A DNA stretch of 64,000 nucleotides from Gemmatimonadales bacterium (GCA_041615815.1 JBFJCP010000018.1:31350-95349); one strand, 5' to 3'; numbered from the stretch's first letter, positions 9,507-19,733 are shown. The notes: generated from the sequence alone by a model not told the origin. Numbers and translations: made by a program.

Positions 9507-9848
9507 ATGCGCATTGTGAGTCTCAGATCACGACTGGGCGTCGTGAGCGCGATGATCCTGCAAGGCTGCGCCATGGCTGCCGCCAACACCGGTGAAGGGG
9601 ATGTGAATCCCGAATGCCGCCAGTGGAGACTGGAAGTTGCCAACACGTCGTCAGAACGCGTACGTGTGTCCGTCAGCGGCGAGGGTGGGGAAGAGTTCCT
9701 CGGCGTCCTGGGACCCCGAGAAAGCCGAATCTGGGTGCTCTCGACCGAGCCGGAACGGGTGATGGTGCTGGATGAACTCCGTGGTGCCGCGACGGGTGTG
9801 GAAGTGCGCCAGCGCTGTCTGAGTGCGTCCGCGGGAGGCGCGGCGTGA
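9507..9848 (+). CDS. Small hypothetical lipoprotein
   Basis: GAGGAG RBS; lipobox LQGC; beta-rich body. Confidence 0.6.
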   Translation: MRIVSLRSRLGVVSAMILQGCAMAAANTGEGDVNPECRQWRLEVANTSSERVRVSVSGEGGEEFLGVLGPRESRIWVLSTEPERVMVLDELRGAATGVEVRQRCLSASAGGAA

Positions 9849-9869
9849 GCCCCCAACCGGGATTCCGCG

Positions 9870-11078
9870 ATGGCCGCTAAATCGACCGGCGGGGACGCGC
9901 GCATACGACAGTTCCCCCTCGGTGCCCGGGTCCGGCTCGCCGACCTCACGATCGATCCCTACCCCATTCTGCATCGGCTTCGGGAGCATGAGCCGGTCTC
10001 CTGGGTGCCCGAAGTGAACATGTGGTTCGTCACTCGCCGGGCGGATGTGCTCTCGGTGTTGGGAGATTTCGAGACGTATACCGTCGATTCGCCCCACTCG
10101 ATCATCGCCGAGATGTTCGGCCGGCACATGATGACCGTGGACGGTCCGGAACAGATCCGGCACAAGCGGGCGTGCATGCCACCGTTCCGGCCGCGAGAAC
10201 TCAGCACCCAGGTGACTCCCGTCGTGACTGCCAAGGTGGAGTCGCTCGTGAAGGCATTCGGAGATCCAGCCGAGATCCGGTTGGGCCTCGCGAAGCCCAC
10301 GGCAATCCACACGGTGTGCGCGATCCTCGGGATTCCGGAGTCCAAGACCGACCAAATTCGTGGTTGGTACGATCGGTTTGCCCGGGCGTTGGCAAACTTC
10401 CAGGGGCAACCTGAGATCCGGAAACGTGGCCACGAGGCTGCAAGCCACTTCAGCACGCTGGTGACAGAGTTGCTGCGAACGTTCGAGACGGCCCCTGGCG
10501 TGGGACTCTTGTCCGACCTCGCACGGGCCACGCCGCGGTTTTCAGACGAGGAGATCGTGTCCAATGCGCTCATCATTCTGTTTGGCGGAATCGAGACTAC
10601 CGAAGCGGCGATCTGCAATGCCGTCTGGGCCTTGCTGCGGCACCCAGAACAGCTGGCGTTGCTTCGGAGTGAGCCCTCACTCCTCAGGAACGCCATCGAT
10701 GAGACGTTGCGGTGGGAACCGGCCGTCCAGTCGTGCACCCGTCACGCCACGAGACCCGCGGTGATCGGCGGGGTCGAGATCCGCGAGGGTGAGGTGATCC
10801 AATGCATGCTCGGCGCCGCCAATCGCGACGCCGCATACTTCGAGGCTCCCGCCCGGTTCGATATCCGCCGCCCTAATGCCAAGGATCATGTTTCGTTCGG
10901 GGCCGGCCGGCACTATTGTCTTGGAGCGTCGCTCGCTCTGCTCGAGATGGAAACGGTGCTGCGCGTTCTCCTCGAGCGATTCCCGGAGCTTTCCTTCGAT
11001 CCCGAGCGTCTCAGCGCGCCGCGCGGATACGAGTTCCGCAAACCACCAGCGTTGTGGGTGCAGCTGCGCTCCGGCTGA
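9870..11078 (+). CDS. Cytochrome P450
   Basis: GGIETT I-helix, ETLR, haem-thiolate motif FGAGRHYCLG. Confidence 0.95.
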   Translation: MAAKSTGGDARIRQFPLGARVRLADLTIDPYPILHRLREHEPVSWVPEVNMWFVTRRADVLSVLGDFETYTVDSPHSIIAEMFGRHMMTVDGPEQIRHKRACMPPFRPRELSTQVTPVVTAKVESLVKAFGDPAEIRLGLAKPTAIHTVCAILGIPESKTDQIRGWYDRFARALANFQGQPEIRKRGHEAASHFSTLVTELLRTFETAPGVGLLSDLARATPRFSDEEIVSNALIILFGGIETTEAAICNAVWALLRHPEQLALLRSEPSLLRNAIDETLRWEPAVQSCTRHATRPAVIGGVEIREGEVIQCMLGAANRDAAYFEAPARFDIRRPNAKDHVSFGAGRHYCLGASLALLEMETVLRVLLERFPELSFDPERLSAPRGYEFRKPPALWVQLRSG

Positions 11079-11235
11079 CCCGCACGAGACTCCTCGGGCG
11101 GACCGCGGGACGCAGTCCAGCCCACGCGGGCCGTCGTGGCATCCGGCTTGCGTAACGCTTTCACTTCGAGAACTTGGGGCGCACGTCGCGTCCCCGCGGC
11201 GTCGCCGCGCCCCTCAACGTTGGCGAGGACGGTCG

Positions 11236-11505
11236 ATGACGAACGACAGTCACCGTAGGTATTGGAGGGCCAATCTCCGTTACGTCGCCATGTTGCTCGC
11301 CATCTGGTTCGTGGTGTCGTATGGCGCGGGGATCCTGTTCGTCGAACAGCTGAATCAAATCCGAATCGGTGGCTTCCAGCTGGGTTTCTGGTTCGCTCAG
11401 CAAGGGGCCATCTACGTCTTCGTCGCGCTGATCTTTGTGTATGTCGGCCTCATGAACCGATTGGATCGGGCATATGAAGTGGACGAGCGCGAGGACGGGC
11501 GATGA
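11236..11505 (+). CDS. DUF4212-family small membrane subunit of a solute:sodium symporter
   Basis: YWRANL...GFQLGFWFAQQGAI...MNRLD; overlaps the start of the symporter gene. Confidence 0.9.
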   Translation: MTNDSHRRYWRANLRYVAMLLAIWFVVSYGAGILFVEQLNQIRIGGFQLGFWFAQQGAIYVFVALIFVYVGLMNRLDRAYEVDEREDGR

Positions 11506-13208
11506 ACGTTCAAGCGTGGACCTTTTTGATGGTCGCGGTCTCGTTCGCGATCTACATCGGCGTGGCGATGTGGTCGCGAGCCCGCTCCACGGGAGAGTTC
11601 TACGTCGCCGCGGCTCGAGTCCCGCCGGTGCTCAATGGGATGGCCACCGCTGCGGATTGGATGAGCGCGGCGTCGTTCATTTCCATGGCGGGGCTGATCG
11701 CGTTCATGGGACGGGATGGATCGGTCTATCTCATGGGATGGACCGGCGGTTACGTGCTGCTCGCGCTGCTGCTGGCGCCGTACCTGCGAAAGTTCGGCAA
11801 GTACACCGTGCCCGACTTTGTGGGTGACCGGTATTATTCGCAAACCGCGCGAGTGGTGGCCGTCGTGTGCGCGATATTCGTGTCGTTCACTTACGTCGCG
11901 GGACAGATGCGGGGTGTGGGCATCGTGTTCTCCCGATTCTTGGGTGTCGGGATCAACGAGGGCGTCCTGATCGGCATGGCCATCGTGTTCTTCTATGCGG
12001 TATTGGGAGGCATGAAGGGGATCACCTATACGCAGGTGGCCCAGTACTGCGTGCTCATCTTCGCCTACCTCGTTCCCGCGATCTTCATCTCGCTGCTCAT
12101 GACCGGCGTCGCGGTTCCGCAGCTCGGATTTGGTGGGACGTTGTCAGACGGGTCGGGGATGTTTCTCCTCGATCGGTTGGACGGTCTTAGCGAAGAATTG
12201 GGGTTCGGTCGGTACACCAACGGGACCAAGGCCACGCTGGACGTCTTCTTCATCACGGCAGCACTCATGGTGGGCACGGCAGGGCTTCCGCACGTGATCG
12301 TGCGGTTTTACACGGTGCCCAAGGTCCGCGCGGCCAGGAGCTCGGCGGGTTGGGCGCTGTTGTTCATCGCGCTGCTCTATACGACGGCGCCGGCCGTCGC
12401 TGCGTTCGCACGGACGAACTTCTTGAACACCGTGTCCGACGCTCCCTACGAGACGGTGCCCACCTGGTTCACGAATTGGGAGAGCACGGGACTAATCGCG
12501 TTCGACGATAAGAATGGTGATGGAATCATTCAGTATCGTGGACCGGCCTCCGAAGTGCCGAACGAGCTCACGATCGATCGCGACATCATGGTGCTGGCCA
12601 ACCCGGAGATTGCCAGGCTCCCGGCGTGGGTAGTGGGTCTCGTGGCAGCTGGAGGACTGGCCGCCGCGTTGTCCACGGCCGCCGGGCTTCTGCTCGTGAT
12701 CTCGACCTCGGTCGCGCACGATCTCCTGAAGAAAGCGATCCTGCCGTCCATCACCGAACACCGAGAGCTTCTGACGGCACGGGTCGCCGCGGGGCTGGCG
12801 GTGGTGGTGGCTGGATACTTTGGGATCAATCCCCCGGGGTTCGTGGCCGAGGTGGTGGCGCTCGCCTTTGGGCTGGCGGCGGCATCCTTCTTCCCAGCCA
12901 TCATTCTCGGCATCTTCTCAAAGCGCATGAACAAGTACGGTGCGGTGAGCGGGATGGTGGCGGGAATTACGTTTACGGCCGCCTACATCATCTACTTCAA
13001 GCTCCTCCATCCCGAGCTCAACACCGCCGCCAACTGGTGGCTTGGGATCTCGCCCGAGGGCATCGGCACACTGGGGATGCTGCTCAACGTCGGCGTCGCG
13101 CTCGCCGTTTCGAGCTACACGCCTGCACCCCCGGTCATCATCCAACAACTCGTAGAAGACATTCGGGTGCCACGTGGCGCCGGTCCAGGACACGAACTGA
13201 CCGCGTAG
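11502..13208 (+). CDS. Sodium:solute symporter, ActP-like cation/acetate permease
   Basis: NGMATAADWMSAASFISM, GGMKGITYTQVAQY, GTAGLPHV; many transmembrane segments. Confidence 0.92.
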   Translation: MNVQAWTFLMVAVSFAIYIGVAMWSRARSTGEFYVAAARVPPVLNGMATAADWMSAASFISMAGLIAFMGRDGSVYLMGWTGGYVLLALLLAPYLRKFGKYTVPDFVGDRYYSQTARVVAVVCAIFVSFTYVAGQMRGVGIVFSRFLGVGINEGVLIGMAIVFFYAVLGGMKGITYTQVAQYCVLIFAYLVPAIFISLLMTGVAVPQLGFGGTLSDGSGMFLLDRLDGLSEELGFGRYTNGTKATLDVFFITAALMVGTAGLPHVIVRFYTVPKVRAARSSAGWALLFIALLYTTAPAVAAFARTNFLNTVSDAPYETVPTWFTNWESTGLIAFDDKNGDGIIQYRGPASEVPNELTIDRDIMVLANPEIARLPAWVVGLVAAGGLAAALSTAAGLLLVISTSVAHDLLKKAILPSITEHRELLTARVAAGLAVVVAGYFGINPPGFVAEVVALAFGLAAASFFPAIILGIFSKRMNKYGAVSGMVAGITFTAAYIIYFKLLHPELNTAANWWLGISPEGIGTLGMLLNVGVALAVSSYTPAPPVIIQQLVEDIRVPRGAGPGHELTA

Positions 13209-13286
13209 CGCCAGGGCTTCGCCACGGACCCTCGCGGCCGTGGTTGTCGAGCGGCATCTTACAGCGACCCCGTCCGGAGTCTCTGC

Positions 13287-15926
13287 ATGGTCAGAGTGGC
13301 ATCGCTCCGCGTCCGAAACATCCTCACAGTTTTTTGGGCGTGCGGGCTGGCCGTTCCCGGGCCCGCGCTCTCCCAGGGCACGGTTCCCCATCCGCGTGAC
13401 TTCCTCGGCTTTACCCCGGGCGACGATTTTCGGATTGCGGACTTCGGGCAGCTCCGTGGCTACTACGAGGCACTTGCCAAGGCATCGCCACGCGTGAGGC
13501 TTTCGAGCGCCGGAAAGACACGCGCGGGAAACGACATCCTCGTACTCATCATCTCGTCGGTCCAGAACCTGGAGCGGGTGGAGCGTTACCGCGAGATCGC
13601 CCATCGCATGGCTCGTCCGCGAGGGCTTTCACCCACCGACGCACGGACGCTCGCACGTGAAGGACGAGCCATCGTATGGATCGACGCCGGTCTGCATGCT
13701 GCCGAAACCGCGCATGCCCAGCACGCACCGCTCCTGGCATTCAAAGTGGCAACCGGGGAATCGGACGAGATGCGGTGGATCCGAGACAACGTGATTCTCG
13801 TGTTGCTGCCCTGCGTGAACCCCGACGGCCTCAATCTCGTGGCGGATTGGTACCGACAAACGGTACACACGCCACATCAGGACAGCCCCATGCCCTGGCT
13901 GTTCAACGAATACGTAGGGTACGAGAACAATAGGGACTTCTTCGCGCAGACGCAGCTCGAGACCCAGATCGTGAGCGAGCTGCTGTACGGCGAATGGCTC
14001 CCCCAGGTGATGTACAATCACCATCAGGGTTTCTATCCCACGCGGATCTTCGTCCCGCCGTTTCCCGATCCATTCAATCCGAATATCGATCCCGGTGTGA
14101 TTCGCGGGATCGAGCTCGTCGGTGCGGTGATGCAGCATCGTTTCGAGCGTGAGGGCAAAGACGGGGTCATCTCTCGATACGGGTTCTCGTCTTGGTACAA
14201 CGGGTCGCTCCGCACCACGACGTACTTCCACAACATGGTCGGCATCCTCACGGAGACGACGCACGACACCCCGTCTCCGTTTGACTACGATCCTGCAGCG
14301 ATGCCGGAACAGCTGAGTAATGGCTGGTCCACTCGCCATCCATCCACCAACTACTCCCGCCCATGGAGGGGCGGAACGCTTCGTTTTCGGGATGCCATCG
14401 ACTACATGCTGACCGGGTCCATGGGGGTGCTCGAGGCCAGTGCCAAGTTCCGTGAGGAGCTCCTGTATGGCATGTATCAGATGGCCAGCCGCCAGATCGC
14501 GTTGGGAGAGTCGGAAGCACCGGTGGCGTATGTGATTCCGCAAGCGCAGCACGATGGGCCGGTGGCGGCCAAGTTTCTGGAGATTCTGATGCGTGGTGGG
14601 GTGGAGGTGCACCGCGCAGAGGAATCGTTCACGGCCGACGGTCGGCGCTTCCCGGCCGGCACCCACGTGGTGTTGCTCGCCCAACCGTTTCGCCCGTTCG
14701 TCAAGGATCTGCTCGAGCCGCAACGCTATCCCGACATCCGGGCGTATCCCGGTGGACCGCCGGTGCCGCCCTACGACAATGCCGGTTGGACGCTGTCCTA
14801 TCAGATGGGGGTGGAAGCTGTTCCTATCGAGACGTCGTTCGAAGCCAAATTGACGCTGCTTGAGGAATTCCCCACACGGTCAGGCGTCGCAACCGGGACC
14901 CCTGAGTTCGGATGGGTGCTGGATCCACGAACCAACAACACGTTTGTGGCGGTAAATCGTCTTCTGCAAGCCGGCGCGCGCGTCTCCCGATCTCCTGATT
15001 CGTTGCGACTAGGGGGCACCACGGTCCCCCCGGGCGCCTTTCTCGTGGAATCCGCCAATCGGGAGCATATGCGTGGCCTCATCACTGAACTGGGTGTCGA
15101 TGCTCGTGGCTTGGCGCGGCGACCGCAGGGGAGACTGCACGAGGTCACGCGGCCACGGATTGGCGTCTACCAGAGTTGGGTCGTCGAGTGGGTGGACGGC
15201 TGGACAGCCGCCGAGGGTTGGACCCGGTTCGTGTTGGACACGCACGAGTTCACGTACGAGCGCATCCACAATCGCGACGTGCGGGCCGGCGATCTCAGAA
15301 CAAAATTCGACGTGATCGTAATTCCCAATCAGGATGTCGGCGACATCGTCGGTGGATATCGTGCCGGCCGACGGCAGTTCGGGGTGGCGCACCAGAATCT
15401 GCCACCACCCGAGTATCAGGGGGGGATCGAGGAGGACGGCGTGGCCGCGCTCAGGACGTTCGTCGACGAGGGGGGAACGCTGTTGCTCGTGGATCGAGCT
15501 GCTGACCTCGCGACCCGGTACTTCGACCTTCCGGTTCAGGAGGTGCTCAAAGGCATTCCGGAGAATGAGTTTTTCGGACCCGGGAGCATCGTGACGATCG
15601 AGACGGATGTCGCGCATCCCGTAGCCTGGGGAATGACGGGAAGCGGAGCCGGGTATTTCCGGAAGAGCAGGGCGTACGAGTCGGACGATCCCCGGGTGCA
15701 GACGGTCGTGCGCTACGGGACGGGCGATCTCTTGATGAGTGGATGGTTGCTGGGAGCGGAGCACATGGTCGGCAAGGCGGCGGTGATCGATGTGAAACTC
15801 GGGAAGGGGCGTGTCGTGCTCTACGGTTTTTCACCCACCTTCCGGGCTTGGCCTCACGGCACCTTCAAGCTCTTTTTCAACGCGCTCATGCCCGCCAATT
15901 CCCGTGCACGGAGAGCGATGGAATGA
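13287..15926 (+). CDS. M14 zinc carboxypeptidase family protein, exported
   Basis: Signal peptide; GLHAAE (HxxE), NPDG, NRD, NHHQ; C-terminal GATase-like domain. Confidence 0.88.
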   Translation: MVRVASLRVRNILTVFWACGLAVPGPALSQGTVPHPRDFLGFTPGDDFRIADFGQLRGYYEALAKASPRVRLSSAGKTRAGNDILVLIISSVQNLERVERYREIAHRMARPRGLSPTDARTLAREGRAIVWIDAGLHAAETAHAQHAPLLAFKVATGESDEMRWIRDNVILVLLPCVNPDGLNLVADWYRQTVHTPHQDSPMPWLFNEYVGYENNRDFFAQTQLETQIVSELLYGEWLPQVMYNHHQGFYPTRIFVPPFPDPFNPNIDPGVIRGIELVGAVMQHRFEREGKDGVISRYGFSSWYNGSLRTTTYFHNMVGILTETTHDTPSPFDYDPAAMPEQLSNGWSTRHPSTNYSRPWRGGTLRFRDAIDYMLTGSMGVLEASAKFREELLYGMYQMASRQIALGESEAPVAYVIPQAQHDGPVAAKFLEILMRGGVEVHRAEESFTADGRRFPAGTHVVLLAQPFRPFVKDLLEPQRYPDIRAYPGGPPVPPYDNAGWTLSYQMGVEAVPIETSFEAKLTLLEEFPTRSGVATGTPEFGWVLDPRTNNTFVAVNRLLQAGARVSRSPDSLRLGGTTVPPGAFLVESANREHMRGLITELGVDARGLARRPQGRLHEVTRPRIGVYQSWVVEWVDGWTAAEGWTRFVLDTHEFTYERIHNRDVRAGDLRTKFDVIVIPNQDVGDIVGGYRAGRRQFGVAHQNLPPPEYQGGIEEDGVAALRTFVDEGGTLLLVDRAADLATRYFDLPVQEVLKGIPENEFFGPGSIVTIETDVAHPVAWGMTGSGAGYFRKSRAYESDDPRVQTVVRYGTGDLLMSGWLLGAEHMVGKAAVIDVKLGKGRVVLYGFSPTFRAWPHGTFKLFFNALMPANSRARRAME

Positions 15927-15996
15927 TCGCGCTCTCCCGTCCGAGCTGAGCGAGTACACGCCTGTTCTCTTCACCGATTTCACCTCGGGAGGTTGC

Positions 15997-18117
15997 ATGC
16001 TGTCGCGTTTTCGATCGTTGGTTGTCGCGCTCACGGTTGCCATCCTCTCAGGACAGACGGCATGCACGGGAGCACCTGAGCCCCTGGAGGCGCGCATTCG
16101 TCGAGTGACCACCGCCATCGATGACGCGCGCTTGACCACAGCGGATCGTGACACGGCCAATTGGCTCACGTACGGGCGGACGTACGACGAGCGTCGTCAC
16201 AGCCCGCTGGATCAGATCAGCGACACCAACGTGGATCAGTTGGGTCTCCTCTGGAGTCTCGAACTGGGCACCAAGCGGGGACTCGAGGCCACGCCCATCG
16301 TCGTGGACGGGGTCATGTTCTTCACGGGAACGTGGAGCGTGGTGCACGCGGTCGACGCCCGCACCGGAAGTCTCATCTGGCGGCATGATCCGGGTGTTCC
16401 CCGCGACAAAGCAAAGTATTTCTGCTGTGATGTGGTGAACCGTGGTGTGGCCGTGTACAAGGGCAAGGTCTACAGCGGTGTGCTCGACGGGCGGATGATT
16501 GCGTTGGATGCAGCCACGGGGGCTCCCGTATGGAGCGTGTGGACCGTCGACACGACCATGCACTATTCGATTACGGGTGCGCCACGCATTGTGAAGGGAA
16601 GGGTCGTCATCGGCAATGGAGGCGCCGAGTACGGCGTGCGGGGCTATGTATCGGCATACGATGCAGAGACTGGAAAGCTCGAGTGGCGGGTCTACACCGT
16701 CCCCGGCGATCCGTCACGAGGGTTCGAATCGCCGGCGTTGGAGACGGCGGCCAGCACCTGGAGCGGCGAGTGGTGGACGGCGGGTGGTGGGGGGACGGCG
16801 TGGGACGCCATCGTCTACGATCCGGAACTGGATCTCCTTTATATAGGGACCGGCAACGGCTCCCCTTGGAACCGCCACGTCCGAAGCCCCGGAGGTGGGG
16901 ACAACCTCTATCTGGCCTCGATCCTGGCGCTCAACCCGGACGACGGGACGCTCGTCTGGCATTATCAGACCACGCCAGGAGACAACTGGGACTATACGGC
17001 CACACAGCCGCTCATGCTGGCCGACCTCGCGATCGACGGGGAGATGCGCCAAGTGATCATGCAGGCGCCCAAGAACGGGTTCTTCTTTGTCCTCGATCGA
17101 AAGACCGGGGAGTTTCTCTCGGCTAGGCCCTATGTCGATGTGACGTGGGCCACGGGGATCGACATGGCGGGCCGTCCCCTGGAGAATCCCGCCGCGACGG
17201 TGACCGAGGCGTTCTTGGTATCGCCGGGACCGGGAGGGGCGCACAACTGGATGCCGATGTCGTTCGATCCTGCGTCGGGGCTGGTGTTCTTCCCAGCTCG
17301 CGAGGAATGGTTCGTGCACAATCCCGATTCGAACTGGACCTACGATTCCCGCACGTGGAACATGGGGATCGACGTCGGCATCTTCGTGGACCTCCCCGAA
17401 CATTTGGTCCCACCCGATCCCACCGAGGAGTTGGTAGCGTGGGATCCCGTTGCACAGGAGGCCCGTTGGCGCGTGCCGATGGATGCGCCGTGGAATGGCG
17501 GTACCCTCTCCACGGCCGGGAACCTCGTGTTCCACGGAACGGCCACCGGCAAGCTCGTGGCGTACCGTACCACCGATGGTGAGAAGCTGTGGGAGGGCGA
17601 CACGGGGACCGGAATCATCGCAGCACCAGTCACCTATCTCGTAGACGGTGAGCAATATGTGTCGGTGCTGGCAGGGTGGGGTGGCCCGCCGCTTCTGTTC
17701 AACGAGCCGGCGTTTCGGATCGCGGCAAAGCGCGGCGGACGCCTCGTGACCTTTGCGTTGGGCGGAATGGCAGCGTTGAATCTCCCTCCCAAAGTCGAGC
17801 GTCCGCCGCCGGTTCCGGCCATCGAGGTCGCGGCGACGCCGGATGAGATCAAAGAAGGGAACCGGCTGTATGGGTACCACTGCATCGTGTGCCACGGGAT
17901 GGATGCGGTGAGTGGTGGTGCGGTGCCCGACTTGCGCTACGCGTCCAAAGAGACGCACGAGCGGTTCGAAGACATCGTGCTCGGTGGTGCGCTCAGGACC
18001 AACGGGATGCCACCATTTGCACGGCAACTGAGTTCCGAAGACGTGCGGTTGATCCAGAAATTCGTGCTCGCTAAGGCCACGGCGGCGCAAAGGGATGCCA
18101 CGGCCGCCTCGCCGTGA
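15997..18117 (+). CDS. Type II quinohaemoprotein (PQQ + haem c) alcohol dehydrogenase
   Basis: PQQ propeller, vicinal CCDVVNRG, DNWDYT, C-terminal CIVCH haem motif; GGAGG RBS before ATG 15997. Confidence 0.93.
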   Translation: MLSRFRSLVVALTVAILSGQTACTGAPEPLEARIRRVTTAIDDARLTTADRDTANWLTYGRTYDERRHSPLDQISDTNVDQLGLLWSLELGTKRGLEATPIVVDGVMFFTGTWSVVHAVDARTGSLIWRHDPGVPRDKAKYFCCDVVNRGVAVYKGKVYSGVLDGRMIALDAATGAPVWSVWTVDTTMHYSITGAPRIVKGRVVIGNGGAEYGVRGYVSAYDAETGKLEWRVYTVPGDPSRGFESPALETAASTWSGEWWTAGGGGTAWDAIVYDPELDLLYIGTGNGSPWNRHVRSPGGGDNLYLASILALNPDDGTLVWHYQTTPGDNWDYTATQPLMLADLAIDGEMRQVIMQAPKNGFFFVLDRKTGEFLSARPYVDVTWATGIDMAGRPLENPAATVTEAFLVSPGPGGAHNWMPMSFDPASGLVFFPAREEWFVHNPDSNWTYDSRTWNMGIDVGIFVDLPEHLVPPDPTEELVAWDPVAQEARWRVPMDAPWNGGTLSTAGNLVFHGTATGKLVAYRTTDGEKLWEGDTGTGIIAAPVTYLVDGEQYVSVLAGWGGPPLLFNEPAFRIAAKRGGRLVTFALGGMAALNLPPKVERPPPVPAIEVAATPDEIKEGNRLYGYHCIVCHGMDAVSGGAVPDLRYASKETHERFEDIVLGGALRTNGMPPFARQLSSEDVRLIQKFVLAKATAAQRDATAASP

Positions 18118-18121
18118 TTCT

Positions 18122-18148
18122 GTAATTTGTTGTTGTACAAGTATTTAC
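18122..18148. promoter_or_regulatory. AT-rich palindrome GTAA-N4-TTG-N5-CAA-N4-TTAC
   Basis: GTAATTTGTTGTTGTACAAGTATTTAC directly follows the ADH stop and contains two inverted IHF-like CAA-N4-TTA cores. Confidence 0.4.
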
Positions 18149-18271
18149 GACCAAGGCCGTCCCACGAGGCGCCGATCGCGAACCCGGGCCTTCTAGTCGC
18201 GGGCGTGCCCGCGTTCCATCTTAGAACGTTCGTCGATTCGTTCCGATCACTCATCCTTCAGAGGAGGAACC

Positions 18272-18592
18272 ATGGAGAAGATCGGTCAGTGGGCGTTCAT
18301 TGGCGGGCTCGGCATCGCCGTGTTGGCGGGGTTCGGGCTCGAAGCGAGCTGGTTCGTGTGGGTGCTGGCGATCCTCGGTCTCATCGTGGGGTTCATGAAC
18401 GTGACGGGCGAGGAGACGCAGGGATTCCTGCTCGCGGCCATTGGACTCATGCTCTCTGCGACGGCCGTGCGGTCGCTGCCGTTTCTGGGCGATCTCGTGA
18501 CGCGTATCATGTCCAATGTCGTGCTGTTCATTGCGCCCGCGGTCCTCATCGTCGCACTGAAGGCGTTGTTCCAGACCGCCAAGCGCGCCTGA
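18272..18592 (+). CDS. Small 4-TM integral membrane protein of unknown function
   Basis: Strong GAGGAGG RBS; four hydrophobic segments; LGLIVGFMNV...E...FL and APA motifs. Confidence 0.85.
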   Translation: MEKIGQWAFIGGLGIAVLAGFGLEASWFVWVLAILGLIVGFMNVTGEETQGFLLAAIGLMLSATAVRSLPFLGDLVTRIMSNVVLFIAPAVLIVALKALFQTAKRA

Positions 18593-19163
18593 CAGCGCGG
18601 CCGTCAGGCGGCCGCTGACTCCGCCGGCTGCCTGCCCGCCAGTCCGCGGGGCACCATCGCGCCGTACGCCATGGAGGGGTTTCACTACGAGATCCGGACG
18701 TTTCCGGTCCAGTAGAAGTCGCGTCTGTCCCATCGCCGGTCTGGGGCGTACCCTGTCGCTGGCAGCGTAGCCGTCTGCATCCTGATCTTTCGGGCGGCTG
18801 GACTCGTACGGGTTGACCTGCTCGCGACGAGCGGTCGCGCGCCGATGGTGCTTCGCGCATCTCCGTCGCTCGCGTCTGAACATCGCGTGGGCGCTCGCGA
18901 CCACGTGTGCTGGGTCCTATCTTGAGCACATAGTGTGAAACGGCACGAGGAGTTGGAGGCGAAGGCGACGGATGAGCGAGATCGGGACTCGCCTCTCAAC
19001 CGTCTCTGGCTCCCGCCACGAAACAGCGCGCCAGCTCGGGCCCGGACTCGCGCAAACCCCCTCCACGCTGCATCTTAGAGGGGTCTCCAAGACTCGAGCT
19101 GTCCATTGTGATCCAGGCGGGGTATTGCGTCCCTCCCCGCCGTCTCCCGTATCGGCGCCCTGC

Positions 19164-19733
19164 ATGATCGAAGAAATCCGTGAACGCCTCTCCAAAGAGG
19201 TCCAGCAACTGAATCACGAGCTCCACGTGGTCCTCCCCGAGGTGCTCCAAAAAGCCCGGGAACTCGGCGACCTCCGGGAGAACGCGGATTTCCAGGCGGC
19301 AATCGAGCGCCAACAGTTCATTCAAGCCCGCTTGAGCCACTTGCGGGACCGGCTCGGCAGACTCTCGTCCATCGACACCAACAAGATCCCGCGTGACCGT
19401 GTGGGGCTCGGGTCCATTGTGACGGTGCTGGATTTGGAGACCCAGGACCGCGAGGTGTTCGAGCTGGTGATTCCGGATGCCATGGATGTGGATGCAGGAC
19501 ATATCTCCGTGTCGTCACCCCTGGGTCAGGCACTCTTGGGACTGCAGCAGGGCGAAGAGGCGGGTGTCCAGCTTCCCTTCGGCACGCGGCGTCTCAAGAT
19601 CGAGCGGATTCAAACGATCCACGTCCAGCTCGAGAACAACCGAGCCGGATCGGCGCCCGCGGAGGTGAAGAAGCCGTCGAAAGGGAAAACGTCGAAGGGG
19701 AAAAGGAAGAAAGCGAAGAAGAAGAAGGACTAA
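19164..19733 (+). CDS. greA: GreA/GreB-family transcription elongation factor with a Lys-rich tail
   Basis: ARELGDLRENADF acidic finger; ISVSSPLGQALLG; start at ATG 19164. Confidence 0.88.
   Translation: MIEEIRERLSKEVQQLNHELHVVLPEVLQKARELGDLRENADFQAAIERQQFIQARLSHLRDRLGRLSSIDTNKIPRDRVGLGSIVTVLDLETQDREVFELVIPDAMDVDAGHISVSSPLGQALLGLQQGEEAGVQLPFGTRRLKIERIQTIHVQLENNRAGSAPAEVKKPSKGKTSKGKRKKAKKKKD

Noticed and set aside
16975..17005. Lanthanide-dependent PQQ dehydrogenase
   Set aside because: The motif reads WDYT, lacking the extra Asp (DYD) diagnostic of lanthanide-binding enzymes. This is consistent with a Ca-dependent type II enzyme.
16714..18090. Long antisense ORFs here and at 47815-49245, 52426-54198, 54301-55701 and 13629-14723
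   Set aside because: They lie opposite well-supported genes, lack recognisable motifs, and are expected in high-GC DNA.
19051..19080. Further copy of the ECF promoter upstream of greA (GCAAACC...CATCTTAG)
   Set aside because: The spacer is 12 nt rather than 16. The CATCTTAGAAC at 18217 likewise lacks a matching -35 element.
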